NCBI GenBank assembly: GCA_009914755.4
Contig: CP068257.2
Location: 32,960,001-33,024,000 of the forward strand
Length of the DNA: 64,000 bases
Source: the human T2T-CHM13v2.0 reference genome, Homo sapiens
Direction of reading: 5' to 3'
This document shows, piece after piece, positions 41,528 through 58,824 of the stretch. The notes beneath the pieces were generated by a model that was not told where the DNA came from, searched no databases, and worked only from the letters and a program-made list of their open reading frames with translations. Within the stretch, counting starts at the first letter, position 1. The number at the start of each line of letters is the position of its first letter. The position numbers were made by a program, and so were the translations under genes.

Positions 41528-43491
41528 TCAACTATACCTAGGGGTAATCTCTTAAGATGCTGTGCTGCCATAAATTGTGTACAAATTCCTCACTAGTTCT
41601 TTGGAAATTGTTAGCTGGGCCTCTTTTACCAGCTGTGGCAACAGCACGTAAGATCCATCTCTGCTTCCCCCTTTGGCTTCTAAGTAGAGAGCCTTCCTTT
41701 TTCATTGGCTCAAAGGAGCTGATTTGATCCAGCTTTTCAGAAGGGGAAGGAACCAAAATAGGTAAAAAAAAAAAAACTCAGTGATTCTTTTTTTTTTTTC
41801 AAATGGAGGAAGGACACACATTTTAATTAATATATCCTACCACCTCCCAATCATTTCCTCTCCTTACATTTCCTTCATGTCAGCCATTGCAATTACCCAA
41901 TATAAAAGGAGAAGAGGCGCTCAGAAAGCCATGTTTGGTTATTTTTGTTCTTAGCACCTGTCTCTTACATCAATTGCAGCCCAGTTATGCAGACGTGCCT
42001 ATGCGTGGATAAATGAGCCTATTCATTTGCCAGGTGGGAAAGTTTTACTCTAGATACTTTTAGTTGCATCCTGTTTTATTCTGGAAATTAAAGGACGCTG
42101 TGTTCAGTAGTCACTTGCCAAGTGTTTATTAAATGAACCAAAGGCATTTCGGCACATTCTGAGAAATTATAGACATTTAAAAAATTCATTTAAGGTGGAA
42201 GGCAAATTGCTGACTTTCTGAGTGTTTGCTTTCACAATGAATGAACAGTTCCAAAGACTGCTTCAATGAATAAACCCCTTAAATAATTCATTTGGAAGGC
42301 TCTATTTTGTTACCACCTATGAAATGAATAAAAATGTTATGCTATTTTATTATTATTGTTTTGTTTTATTTTAGCAATAGGAACTTTTTTTCCCTACTCG
42401 AAGTTCATTCTTAAAACCCATTCTTAAAATTTTCTGTTATTTTTGATGGTATTATGAAACTTTTTAATTTAGAAAGATAGTTATAAATTTGATTTGAGGG
42501 AAAATAGTAGATTTTGGTGACTTTGTCTAAGTGTGGAAAGGAACTTCACTGACTTTGACCTTTCTCTAAGTTCTCTTTGAAGCGTGCTGGCACTCATGTG
42601 ACTTTTATGTTGAGTTAGGAGTCTTCTGGTTGCCAGTAACCACAACCTCTGAAGCCAGTTTAAACAGGAGATCATTTAAATTAAGGATGTAAGGCAACTC
42701 TGGAAGCCTAAGGTGAGAATATCGCCTCGGGAAGGGTCTAGAAGATGGACCCTGATGCTGCCTAGAAGCGGGCTGTCTTCTTGGGCCCTGTTGAGGCCAT
42801 CAGAGGTGGGGGATGGACACATAAGCAAATGGGCCTCCACTTCTGAAAGTCAGCAGCCCCAGCATCTCCAGGGAGCGCTCATTGTTCAAAAGGTCTTCCT
42901 TTGTTTCAAGCTAAAAGCACTGCTCCTGCAGGAGTATTGCACACTCTCCAGAAGCCAGATAGACCTGGCCTTCATTCAGCTCTGTCCTTTATTATCTCTC
43001 TGGCCTCAGGGAAGCCACTTGACCTCTCTGAGGTCCTGTGTGTAAAAAGGTGATATAAATAGCTTCCTTTCAGAGGTGCCGCAGAGGTCAGACACATGCC
43101 CAGCTAATGCCTGCCATGGAGGAGTGGCTCAGAATGACAGGACCTCAAATTCTCTTCGTCCCAGGTTTTCATTTTAAGATCGCCTTCTCTTCTGTGTCAC
43201 AGCCTCTTAACACAAAATAATAAGTAAATAGATCTTCCCCTCTGGCCAGCTTCTCAGGAGTGAATACCAGGGCAGAATCTGGATCCAGGACCAGTTAACT
43301 GTTTTGCTTGTTATGAGTTCTTTGGATTTCAAGACAGATGGTACATTAACAACTCATCCCACCCCATCCCTGCCCTATGGACAGGTTTCCCTGGCTTCCC
43401 TTGGAAGCCACCTGTGTTTGCTGGGCCAGCCTGTCCTGAGATCCGCCTGATGTCACTGACATAATCCCAACAGGACAGATTTCCTTTAAGG

Positions 43492-43709
43492 CAGGGATGT
43501 CCAATCTTTTGGCTAGTCTGGGCTACACCGGAAGAACTGTCTTGGGCCACATACAAAATACGCTAACACTAATGATAGCCAATGAGCTAAAAAAAATTAC
43601 AAAAAAAAATCTCCTTATGTTTTAAGAAAGTTTACGAATTTGTGTTGGGCCACATTCAAAGCTGCCCTGGGCTGCATGCAGCCTGCAGGCCGTGGGGTGG
43701 ATGAACTTG
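43492..43709. mobile_element. hAT-type MITE (MER-group DNA transposon), 218 bp, with perfect 8-bp TSD CTTTAAGG
   Basis: Identical 8-mers ctttaagg lie at 43484-43491 and 43710-43717. The internal sequence ggccacatacaaaatacgctaacactaatgatagc...gggccacattcaaagctgccctgggctgcatgcagcc matches a common human MITE consensus as recalled. Confidence 0.65.
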
Positions 43710-43982
43710 CTTTAAGGGGTTGGGGTAGGGCATCCTTGGTACTTCTCCCAGTGTCCTCCCTCAGGGTTTTAACTGCTGTGATGCGTTCCTTCCTTAATTC
43801 TACCCTATACTGTAGAAGTCATATCTTACTTGCTAGTGATGTTGAATAGTGCCTGGTGTGTTGAATAATGATGCCTTCATGCTTGTATACTCACCCAGAG
43901 GAGGGCTAAAGTGACAACACTAAGCAAGCCTTGTCCGGGCCTGACTCAGCCTGACTTTGGCTCAGGGGACTTCTACACTCAT

Positions 43983-44373
43983 TGGGATGCTGTTAAAGTT
44001 TGACTGTGTCCCCACCCAAATATCGTCTTGAATTGTAGTTCCCATAATTCCCACATGTTGTGGGAGGGACCCAGTAGGAGATAACTGAATTATGGGGATG
44101 GTTTCCCCTATAGTGTTCTCATGGTAGTGAATAAGTCTCATGAGATCTGATGGTTTTATAAAGAGAAGGCCCTTTTGCTTGGCTCTCATTCTCTCTTTTC
44201 CAGCTGCCATGTAAAATGTGCCTTTGCTCTTCCTTTAACTTCCGTCATGATTGTGATGGCTCCCCAGCCATGTAGACCTGTGAGTCCATTAAACCTCAGT
44301 AAACCTCTTTCCTTTGTAAATTACCCAGTCTTGGGTATGTCTTTATCAGCAGCGTGAAAGCAGACTAATACAG
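43983..44373 (+). mobile_element. MaLR solitary LTR, THE1/MST-type (+)
   Basis: tgactgtgtccccacccaaat...gaattgtagttcccataattcccacatgttgtgggagggacccagt...ccatgtaaaatgtgcctttgct...taaattacccagtcttgggtatgtctttatcagcagcgtgaaagcagactaatacag, running from TG to CA. Confidence 0.7.
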
Positions 44374-44559
44374 ATGCTATGTGCAGAGCATTATCTAGAT
44401 GCTGGAGCTATGACGGTCCACAGAACAGACAAGGTCCCTGACTTCATGAAGTGTACTTCCTAGTGGTGGTAGTGGAGGGAAGGAGAGAGATGGACAATAC
44501 ATAAAATAAGTAAATACAACATGTAGATGTTGATGATATGCATGGTGAAGTACAAAGGA

Positions 44560-46690
<2,131 letters not shown>

Positions 46691-47214
46691 GACTAGAAAA
46701 ATATAGGAGGATTATATATGCACACCAATGTCATATGAGTATCAATGTCATATGAGTATCAAATATGTATACAACATGCAAATATATGTATATATATTAA
46801 TGTTTACATGCAATTACGATATATACATATGTTAGTAGATATAAGCAAATATATTTATATGTCTTATGTATAATATGACACATGCTGCAACATAATTATA
46901 ATCTATAGTATCTAATATGTACTAGATGGTATATGAATATATGTTCATACATCATACATGAATATAGCAATATAGGCAGATAAGATATGTTACAATGTAT
47001 TATTAAATTGTGTATATTATATGATGTGCAATAAAAACACAAGTATTTATGACTTATCTGTCTCCTCCACTCTATCCAAAATATATGTAATGCACGTTAT
47101 AAAACATAAAGAGAAATAGGAATTTTTAAAGTATAAGAATAGAGAAATAAACACAAATATAAATATGTCTTGAGCTGTCATCCTCATTTCATCTAGAGTG
47201 GAATCTTGATGAAG

Positions 47215-47310
47215 GGAAGCTGTTTATTTTCACTACCACTCTGCCCCGCCTAGAATGTCCTGGGCCTAGAGGGGGACTTCAATAAATATTTATTAAATGA
47301 ATTAATGAAA
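47215..47310 (+). mobile_element. MIR 3'-end fragment
   Basis: ctgccccgcctagaatgtcctgggcctagagggggacttcaataaatatttattaaatgaattaatgaa. Confidence 0.45.
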
Positions 47311-48075
47311 AATGTATTTTATACTTGAACTTAACCAAAAGGCTGAGAAACGATGAAAAATATATCTTATTTATTCAGAATCAAAAATATTTTGTTTTCT
47401 TAAAAATCTCCTGTTATTCTCAATGACTTATTAACAATGTCTTAGTCAGTGTAATGTTATTAAACATGCCTCATCCTTTTGGGAAATCGTGGAGAACCAT
47501 GAGCAGCATGGAGTGCTGTGCTTACTAAATCACAATATCCATTTTTCAATCCCATCCACCAAATTTAGAAGGGATTATTATTATCACCGAGTAAATTTCC
47601 ATGCTCCTTGACATCAATGAGTTGTTTTTTCATATTAATTGGAAGTTGTTCGTTTTTATGTTTCACAAATGGGTTTTAAAACTCACAGAACCCCTTGGAA
47701 GCTTTTAGACAGCTGATAAAATTGTGTTTCCTAGTTTAAAGTGCAAGATATGAGAACTTTTATAGATGTCACACATCGTTTTTTGGCAATAAAATCACTT
47801 AATGATGGAAACCTTTCCAAACTCCTGTTTTCAAGATATTCTTACTGTAGCACAAGTTTCTGGCAGACAGTGATTACTTTCTCACACATTGTTAACTGGC
47901 ATCTTGTGCTTGAAGGGCCAGGTCAAGCTGGTTTATTTATTTATGTTAAATCATCACCATGGCTCGAACCTTGTAACCTGGCTGGCAGTTGCTCATGCGC
48001 AGAGGGGAGATGTACCAGCTCTGTTCCTTTCTTGCCATTCATCTCTGCTTATGTCCTTAGAAATAGCTTCATACC

Positions 48076-48165
48076 TTAAGTTCTAGGGTACACGTGCACA
48101 GCGTATAATAATGATAATAATAAATAAATAAATAAGTAAAAAGAATCCTGAAAAAAAAAAAAAAA
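48076..48165. mobile_element. 90-bp retrotransposition product: inverted L1 3'-terminal 29-mer plus an A/T-rich tail ending in A15, flanked by a 16-17 bp TSD
   Basis: The TSD (a)gaaatagcttcatacc lies at 48059-48075 and 48165-48181. The first 29 nt, ttaagttctagggtacacgtgcacagcgt, are the reverse complement of the extreme L1 3' end (acgttgtgcacatgtaccctagaacttaa). These are followed by ataataatgataataataaataaataaataagtaaaaagaatcctg and A15. Confidence 0.6.
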
Positions 48166-49299
48166 AGAAATAGCTTCATACCATTTCTTAGCAGGCATCC
48201 TTGCCAGACACTTGCCTGTTTGTGTGAGGACTGGCTCAGTTAAAGACTAGATAATATAAACCACACATTCTCTTAATGAAAATTTGGGATCTGCAATAAC
48301 AGCACAATTCTGGAAGCAGAGAAGGTGTGTGGAGCCATGTCAGCCCACACCACCTGGCACCCCAGGTGCCCATCAGGGGGCCTAGTGCACCCCTCTGATG
48401 CCTGTCTGGCTTCTGCAGCAAGAGCAAGCACCAGGGTCAACCCACATAATAAAGCAGCAGAGGAATAATTTTCTTTTTTAGAAAAAAGAAAAACCTAATA
48501 TAAACAGAAGCGCTAATATTTTTCACTCATCCCAGTGAGTGGAGGTCATCACCTTCCACCATGGAGACCTTGACCTATAGGGTGGATGAGCGGGGAATGG
48601 TGGGCAAAACTCCACCAAAGAGAGCTGCTTCCTCCCAGACTGTCTCGCTCTAACCCCTGGACTGCGACTTCAGGCTGAGGGGCTTTACCTAGGTCAGAAA
48701 CACAGGCTAATTTCCCAAGAACACATCAAACACAACAGGTCAAAATGAAAGCCATCTTTCCCATCCAGTCTACTCACTCTGCTCTGTCCTGATTTCTACC
48801 CACAAGCTGCTCAGTAACCGGGGAAGAAACCCAGGAGCCCTGAAAACTGCTCCCTTTGTCTTATCCCCGACTCCCCCACCAACTGACCTGCTCGCCCACT
48901 CCACACAGCCAGTCGCCAAGTCCTGTCCACTTTCCCTGCTGAATCATCGTGCCGCATCAGCTGAGTTTACCCCCTCTCCTAGAGTCCCACTCCTGGTCTC
49001 TCAGCTCAGAACCATTTCTTTCTCTGCATCATTTCTTACGTGGATCACCTAAGCTGCTTCGAGACTGAATCTTTGCTTGAAGGCAGAGCTGATGACTTTG
49101 GAGCCTTCTTCATCCCGTGGTTGATCTGATTACCAGGAACTTTTCCCAGGACTAGGTATACAAACACAGATCATTCAATTCTCTAACAGATGAAGGCTGC
49201 GGTCCCCTATAAGATGCAGTCCATCATATGATGCCCTCTTAATTACTTTTATGACATGCAGCAATCATACTTCATTAGAACTCTTCTCTTTCTTCTCCA

Positions 49300-49395
49300 C
49301 TAAACTGTGAGCCTCCTGAGGACAGGAACTGTGCTGGTTTCCTTGTACACAGCATGATGCCAGGCACACAGTAGACATTTGATACTTGTGGTATC
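49300..49395 (+). mobile_element. MIR-like SINE fragment
   Basis: ctgtgagcctcctgaggacaggaactgtg...cacagcatgatgccaggcacacagtagacatttgatac. Confidence 0.45.
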
Positions 49396-49435
49396 AAATG
49401 TGTGTGTCATTTGAGAAGAGGCATCTTCTTATAAT

Positions 49436-49595
49436 TTTTTTTTTAAAAGAGATGGGGCCTCTCTCTCTTTCCCAGGCTGGAGTACAGTGGTGCAATCTTG
49501 GCTCACTGCAGCCTCGAACTTCTGATCTCTAGCAATCCTTCTGCCTCAGCCTCCCAAAATGCTGGGATTGCAGGCATGAGCCACCATGCCCAGCC
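49436..49595 (-). mobile_element. Short Alu-derived element (~160 bp, monomer-like or internally deleted) with 13-14 bp TSD
   Basis: Poly-T then Alu-like sequence, ending at ccaccatgcccagcc. The TSD is atcttcttataatt before (49422-49435) and accttcttataatt after (49596-49609). Confidence 0.8.
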
Positions 49596-49857
49596 ACCTT
49601 CTTATAATTATATGTGCACCCCCAACCTCAAGCACTTGACAGCTGACTGCTGAAGGAATGAATGGATGAATGAAGGAATAAATGGATGATTGCCAACAGC
49701 CCTCAAATAAACAGAAGAGCAGGTTTTATAAGGCTGCTTCTCAGAGTTTCCATAAATGCCAGCTCAGGGAACATTAACCCAAGTCCCATTTGTTACATGA
49801 AAGCAGTTCTGAGGTAGCTGACAGTGCCATCCTCCATCTGGCTTAATTCAGGAATAA

Positions 49858-50704
<847 letters not shown>

Positions 50705-51329
50705 GCAAGTATATTTTTGAAACCACCTTACTGAGGTACAACTGACATACACTAAACATATTAAAACTGTACAATGTGATGTTTCGAGAGAGTGAGCATA
50801 TCCTTCCTCCTGGAAGTATCTTCCTGCTTCTATGTAATTCCTCCCATCCCCACCTCCACTCCCACTGTACCCCAATCTGTTTCCTGTCACTATTGATAAG
50901 TTGAGCAAGTATATATTTAATCTTTAAGAGCTTCCTCGCTTTCTGTTCCCTTTTCATAAATTTCCTGCTTTTTAAAGTATTGCTTTATTATCTTATATCT
51001 CTCTGGAGTTTTAATTTGATTAAAATATTTTTTGGTCCCCGGAGTTATTCTCTGCAGCCTCCAAAACAGTCTTACTAGTTTATTTGTCTGGTCTGTCTCA
51101 TTTAGCTTGCATTCTCCTTGCATGTCTGTGGAGCCTTTATTTATCTAAGGACACTAGGTAGCTAACATGCTTTTCCTTTGCTATTGAATAAGATTGTTTC
51201 CCCAAGGTGAGTGGCAGCTCTAAGCAAGGAAGGATGGAGTAAAGCGCCTGTCTGGCTGTAGTGAGGGAGACAGTGAGTCAGCTGTCAGCCTGTGGACCCC
51301 CAAAATGCCAATGAGGGCATATCTGAGAC

Positions 51330-51958
51330 AGGGTAATTTATAAAGGGAAGAGGTTTAATGGACTCACAGTTCCACATGGCTGGGGAGGCCTCACAATCAT
51401 GGTGGAAAGCAAAGGAGGAGCAAAGTCACATCTTACATGGTGGCAGGCAAGAGGGCTTCACTTGGGATGCAGCATTGACGAAGAATGTCATAGCTTCTGG
51501 CAGACGTTTGTTCCATTCATTGGAAGAGCCATCTGGGATTTTGCCTGATTCTGTATGCTGTATATACACATGTATATGTGTGTATATATATGTGTTTATG
51601 TGTGTATTATGTGCACATGTGCATGTGTGCATATCTGCAGCATGCATGCTTGTATATGTGTAGTGTGTGTATCTAGGTATACACTGTATGTATGGAAGGC
51701 AAATATATTGTATGATGGAAGGCAAAGGAGGAGCAAAGTCACATCTTACATGGTGGCAAGCAAGAGAAAGCATGTGCGAGGGAACTCCCCTTTATAAAAC
51801 CATCAGATCTCATGAGACTTATTCATTATCACAAGAACAGTATGAGGGAAACCACCCCCATGATTCAACTGTCTCCCACCGGGTCCCTTTTATGACATGT
51901 GGGGATTATTACAATTCAAGATGAGATCTGGGTGGGGACCCAGAGCCAAACCATATCA
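51330..51958 (-). mobile_element. MaLR solitary LTR (THE1/MST-like, -) with an internal ~60-bp duplication and a (TG)/(TA)-rich expansion
   Basis: gggtaatttataaagggaagaggtttaatggactcacagttccacatggctggggaggcctcacaatcatggtggaaagcaaaggagg...agatctgggtggggacccagagccaaaccatatca is the reverse complement of the THE1/MST-type consensus. The block ggaaggcaaaggaggagcaaagtcacatcttacatggtggca is repeated at ~51405 and ~51716. Confidence 0.65.
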
Positions 51959-52324
51959 CCCCCTCCTACAATGTGGAAGCACCACTGCCATTTTATTTTA
52001 TAAACATAAATGTTTTTCCTTCTGCTACCACCATGCACCTGTTTTTTATTAGCTGTGGCCAGAAGACAGTTGAAGTTGTAGGTTATTTTCTGCTCTAAAC
52101 ATAGACTCTTTATGCAGCAAGTTGGAGGCAGATCCATTTCTTTGCTGATACCGTGGCCTCCCTTATTACAATGGAAGGGCCCTTTGCAGGATCCCTGTGG
52201 CCACCTCACTTTTATGTCAGGAACAATCAAGTTTCCTTAGAAAACAGCTGGATCCCCAATGTTGCAGATGATGTTTTGATGAAAATGTTCAAGGCATTCT
52301 TTTCCTTTAGCCAACTTCCTTGAT

Positions 52325-53030
52325 AAAACTTTCCCAGTAAACATAGTCTTACCATATGATCCAGCAATTGCATCCCTTGGTATTTACCCAAATGAGTTGA
52401 AACTTATGTCTGCACAAAAAATGTTTATAGCAGTTTTGTTCATAATTACTAAAATGTAGAAGCAACCAAGATGTCCTTCAATAGGTATTCACCTATTGAT
52501 AAACAAATGGTGTTGTACCATACCATGAAATATTTTTTAATGATAGAAAGAAATGAGCTGTCCGGCTAGGGAAAGGCAAGAAGGAATCTTAAATATATGC
52601 TGCTAAGTGAAATAAGCCAAGATGAAAAGGCTATACAGTGTATAATGTCAACTGCATGACATGATGGAAAAGGCAAAATAATGGAGACAGTAACAAGATC
52701 AATAACCATTGATCCAGGAGTTAGGGGGAGGGAGGAAGAGGTGAATAGTGAATTTTTAGGTCAACAAAACTATTCTGTACAATACTAAAATGGTGGACAC
52801 ATGTCATTACACATTTGCCAAAACTCATAGAATGTACAGTACTAAGTGTGAACCCTAATGTGATCTACGGACTCGAGTCAATAATAATGTATCTTTATTG
52901 GCTTATCAATTATAACAAATGTTCCTTAGTAACGCAAAATGTTGACAATAGGGAAACTGTGTGGCAGAGGAAAGGGGCACCTGGAAAATCAATATATTTT
53001 CCATTCAATGTTTTGAAGACCTAAAACTTC
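52325..53030 (+). mobile_element. Old L1M LINE 3' end (+)
   Basis: Matches the L1M 3'-end consensus as recalled (catatgatccagcaattgcatcccttggtatttacccaaatgag...atgctgctaagtgaaataagccaag...). Confidence 0.7.
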
Positions 53031-55552
53031 TTTAAAAACAATCTATCACTTTTTCAAAAAATTGTCGAGTAATATGCCCACAAACCACCTGATTTAAAGT
53101 GGGAAAATAAACCTGCCAGAACAAACTAGTTTGCAAATCGCACCTCTTCAAGGTAATATAGAGGACATGTGTTAAAAGAATGATTTCAATTTTAGAGTAG
53201 CGAATTGTGAGGGTTTTTCTCCCCTTAAATGTGCAGAGAATAAAATGCATTTGTCTTTTGGGGCCACTCCAAGCAAATGGCAAGATGAGGGAGAGGAAGC
53301 TGTGGAAACACTACCACCTAGTGGTAGAAGACAGACTTTCAAAAACGTGGCCTAAGGCTTTGCAGAATTCATTTTCCAATAACTTTGGGGACATGCTCAC
53401 AACCCTTTATAAAAGCTGGGAGAAAGAAGAAATAGAGGAAGGAGAGAGAGGTAAATGGCTGCCCAAGTGGTTAGGAACTTAACATTTTCCATCAGGCCGA
53501 TCAACCTAGGGAGAATCATCAGATCTGGAGAGTTCAGAGGCTGCTACATAGACAAGAGACAAAAAAGGCACTGCAGGACCTGCTTGCTTAAAAACGCCCC
53601 TGCCCCACAGTACTGCCCACACGTACTGGATGTGAATTCCCACAGTAGGCAATAGGCCAAAAAATGTAGGGTACCCTCATGCAATGAGTGCCTAGGGGGT
53701 GCCTGTTCTGGGCCAGGTGCCCCTGTAGGCATTGGGGATAAATATTATATCCAAAAGACTGTCCCTATCATCTGGAAATAAGGGCAGCTTTCAAGCCCTC
53801 CTTCCTGAGTGCAGAAAGATGTATCCCTTTGATCATGAAAAGTGTGTGGGAGGAAGACTTTGGAGGGCAACTCTGGAGCTAGGGAGGGCTCCTGGCTAAG
53901 AGGGTGTGTTCAAAGGGACATCTCCACCCAGGGTGGGAAGACCCACTGGGCAAGAAGCAGGGAGGTGATGGAAAGTTAGCCATGGCCTGCCTTTGCTTCA
54001 GGTCCGAGGGGGGCGGGGGTGCTAAGGGCAACACAGCAGACTCACCAGCCTCTGGTGAAGTACTTTAGCTGGTTAGTGAGTGGCTGGTTCTAAGTTACTT
54101 TGCCTCAGCAGAGGAGAATTCCTATGATGAAGGGAATCCAGGCAGCATCAGCCTCCGCTGCCCCTTTGTCACTGCTGAGCTGTGCACACCTAGACTGCCC
54201 TGTGATCACTTTCCCAAAGCTGCGCTAATAGAGTACCACAACTGGGTGGCTTGGAAGAATGGAAACTGACCCTTTCATGGTTCTGGAGGACGGAGTCTGA
54301 AGCCCAGGTGTTAGTGGGGTCATACTCCCTGAGTATGAAAGCTCAAAGGGAGGAGCCCTCCCTGCCTTTTCCAGCTTTGGTGGCTCCTGGTGTTCCTTGG
54401 TTTGTGGCTGCATCCCTCCAACCTCTGTCTCCATCTTCACATTTGACTGGCATGTTATGTCACATCAGGAGAACACAGCAGTTCAGTGTCGGCATTTCTG
54501 TCCCTTTGGTGTATCTATGAATGTGAGGTCTTTCAAGCTAAGGGGAATGTCTGTTGAGCTCTTTCTGCGCCAATAAGGGGCCAGCTTGGAAGCCTGCGTG
54601 CCTGTTGACAGCTACCCTAATATATTGTTGATAATCCGAATGGACTCCTATGAAACAGAAAACAGCAGGTGATGTCATTTGCTCATAAATATTGAATGCC
54701 TCTGCTCAGGAGGATGGGGACTGAAGTTCCATCCAAGCAGCTCCTCAATGCTCGTAACAAATCTGAACTTGCTCTCTCCACTGGAATATGAGCAGGTTCT
54801 CTGCATTTTAACAAGTGGACAGTGGTTATGCTGCTTCTGGGGGCTCCCACCCTGAGAAAGGTTCATCATAGCCTGATCTTGAAGGGAATCAATAATCGGT
54901 GTCCAACTGAAACTGGGTTGTGTCGATTAAAGTTGTGGACTGTAAGCAAATGCCTAAAAGACCTCTCGTTGACAGTGAAATAAGAAAATGAAAATGCCTT
55001 ATGAAATTCTGAGGCTGTTGAAACTTTATATCTGGGCAATTTCACCAGAGAGCTCCGTGCCACAAATGGAACCAACTGCTTTGAGGGATAGTAATGTGGA
55101 TGTGTAGCACCAGCTCCAAAATGACAGTCCCAGAGATGCCCTAGGTGTTGAGTTGTGGGATCAAGGGGAGAGCTGTGACAGAGAAGTCAAAGGAAGAAGG
55201 AACCGAGGAAATCCCCAAATGTGATGCTCCCCTGCCACGTAGGTCATCTGCACGCTGATGGCAAGACTTGGAGCCATGAGCTGTGTCACCTGTTGCATCT
55301 CCTTCCTCCTCCCACAGTGCTGTCCCACTTTGCTGATCCATTTTTCTCCATAACATTTATCATCATTTCACATAGTAGATTTGTAATTATAATATTGTAA
55401 AATATTCCATTTTTGTGCCTGTATTTGTTAACTATTGCTGCCATAACAAATCATAAACGTAGTGGCTTGAAACAATGCACGATTTTTATTTATTTATTTT
55501 TTTACGATTCTAGAATTCGAAGTTCCCACTGGGTCTCACTGGGTTTCACTAA

Positions 55553-56071
<519 letters not shown>

Positions 56072-56313
56072 TAAGGACACTTAAGACTACATTGGCCCTT
56101 CATAGACAATCCAGGATCATCTCTTTATTTGAAAGTCAGGTGATCGGCAGCCTTCATTTCATCTGCAACCTTCATTCCTCTTTACCATGTAACATTCACA
56201 GATTCCAGGAAATTAGGGCATGGGCATCTTTCACGGGGATGTGAAGAAAAACCTCAAAGCATTTTTCCTTAGCCCTCGCATCACAACAACAATAAACACA
56301 GAAGACTTCTGTG

Positions 56314-56605
56314 GCCAGCTCGGCATGGTGGCTCACGCCTGTAATTCCAGCATTTTGGGAGGCTGAAGTGGGCAGATCACTCGAGGTCAGGAGTTGAAGA
56401 CCAGCCTGGCTAACATGGTGAAACCCCGTCTTTACTAAAAATACAAAAATTAGCCAGACGTGGTGGTGGGCCCCTGTAATCTCAGCTACTTGGGAGGCTG
56501 AGGCACAAGAATCCCTTGAACCTAGGAGGCAGAGGTTGCAGCGAGATCACACCACTGTGTTCCAGCCTGGGCGACAAAGCGAGACTTTGTCCCCCCTCAA
56601 AAAAA
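56314..56605 (+). mobile_element. Alu SINE (+) with TSD aagacttc(t/c)gtg
   Basis: Flanks at 56300-56313 and 56606-56617. Confidence 0.9.
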
Positions 56606-57211
56606 AAGACTTCCGTGACCAAATGTGTGGGTATTATAGGGATTACTTCCCACACACCAGCAAGCAATCAATTCTGCGTTCTGCAGCGGACACCAGCTGG
56701 GTGTCCTCCAATTCAATTTAATTCTGACACTATCTACCCAGGGACAGCCTCAGAAACCACGGGCCCAGGGCTCAGTCCCACAAGAGTGGCCCCTCCTCCC
56801 ACCTGCCCCAAGTCCGGGTCTCAGGAACTTCTGACCAACTGGTTTCCAGTTGAGATTTCCAACACCCCCTTCGGTTTTGATTAATATGCTAGAGAGGCTC
56901 ACGAAACACAGGGAAACACCTATGTTCACTGGTTTATTACAAGGGATATATTAAAAGATACAGAGAAACAGCCAGAGGAGGAGATTCACAGCATGAGGTC
57001 TGGAAGGGTCCTGAACACAGGAGCTTCTGTCCCCATGGAGTGGGGGCCCAACACTCTCCCAGCACCTGGATGAGTTTCTGTTCACTTTCCTGTCCACCTC
57101 CATGTGCTCAGCTCTCTGGAAGCCACTGGACCCTGTCCTTTGGGCCTTTTATGGAGACTTCATTGGATAGGAATGACCAAAGCATGGACAACCACATATA
57201 AATGTGACTGG

Positions 57212-57536
<325 letters not shown>

Positions 57537-58406
57537 CTAAGCCCAGCAAGTCCTCAGGCTCTTCTTGGCGTCTCCATGCAGTATTCCTTCATCCAGGTTA
57601 TGGGGCAGGACCCTCTCTGGAATAAGAGTTTCAAGACCCACAATTAAGACAGGTGAAAGGAGATCAGGAGAAGGTCAGAGAGATTCTCTTCACTCTAACA
57701 AGAGCTATGGGAGTTACGAGCCAGAAACCACGGACAAAAACCAGTATCTCATAATATCATAGGGGGCCATTATTCTGCCCACCACAGCCTCCTTCCTCAA
57801 ATGTAGGCTTCGTGAAGGCAGGAATTTTTGTTTCTATTCTTAATAAAAATACAAATATGATGATGCCACTGCCCTACTTGTCCTCCTTCTCTAAATCCAT
57901 ATAGAGTCAAACATCCTTAGCAGCAGGTATTTGCTGGGGTTCCCTCAGAATAGCCCTGAAGTTAAGGGTTTGGGTGCAAATGATGCCATCCTGGGAAACA
58001 CAGGCAGGGGAACAGGGAAGTAAGACAGGACGCAGCAAGGAGCCATGGACCGCCATTGTTCCATGGTGGCACAACATGGTGGAGCCCTCTTGTGGGGGAG
58101 TGTGGAACACCCTCAGAGTTGCCCACCCAAAGGGTAAGGAGGCAGGGGTGTGTGTCTGTCCTCCCACTCCCATTGAGGTCTGTTGCTGGTGTCATTAAGT
58201 ATGCAGCACTTCCAGCCTGTCCCCCAGGGAAGCTGAAACAGCCTTCAGGGGAATCCAACGTACCTGCAGCAGGACCTCCAAGGCTTGTGAGAGCAGAGGG
58301 GATTCAGGGATTCTGTGGGGCACCCACAGCATCTCTGCATGCAGCTCACAGTGCCCATGAGATCTGAACATGCATTTATCTTGTGTAAGATAAGGCTATT
58401 TCCCTT

Positions 58407-58824
<418 letters not shown>

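Noticed and set aside
41761-41812. A13 ... T12 mirror tract (aaaaaaaaaaaaactcagtgattctttttttttttt)
   Set aside because: Too short and simple to call a TSD pair or a palindrome of interest. It is likely an A/T homopolymer coincidence next to the Alu tail region.
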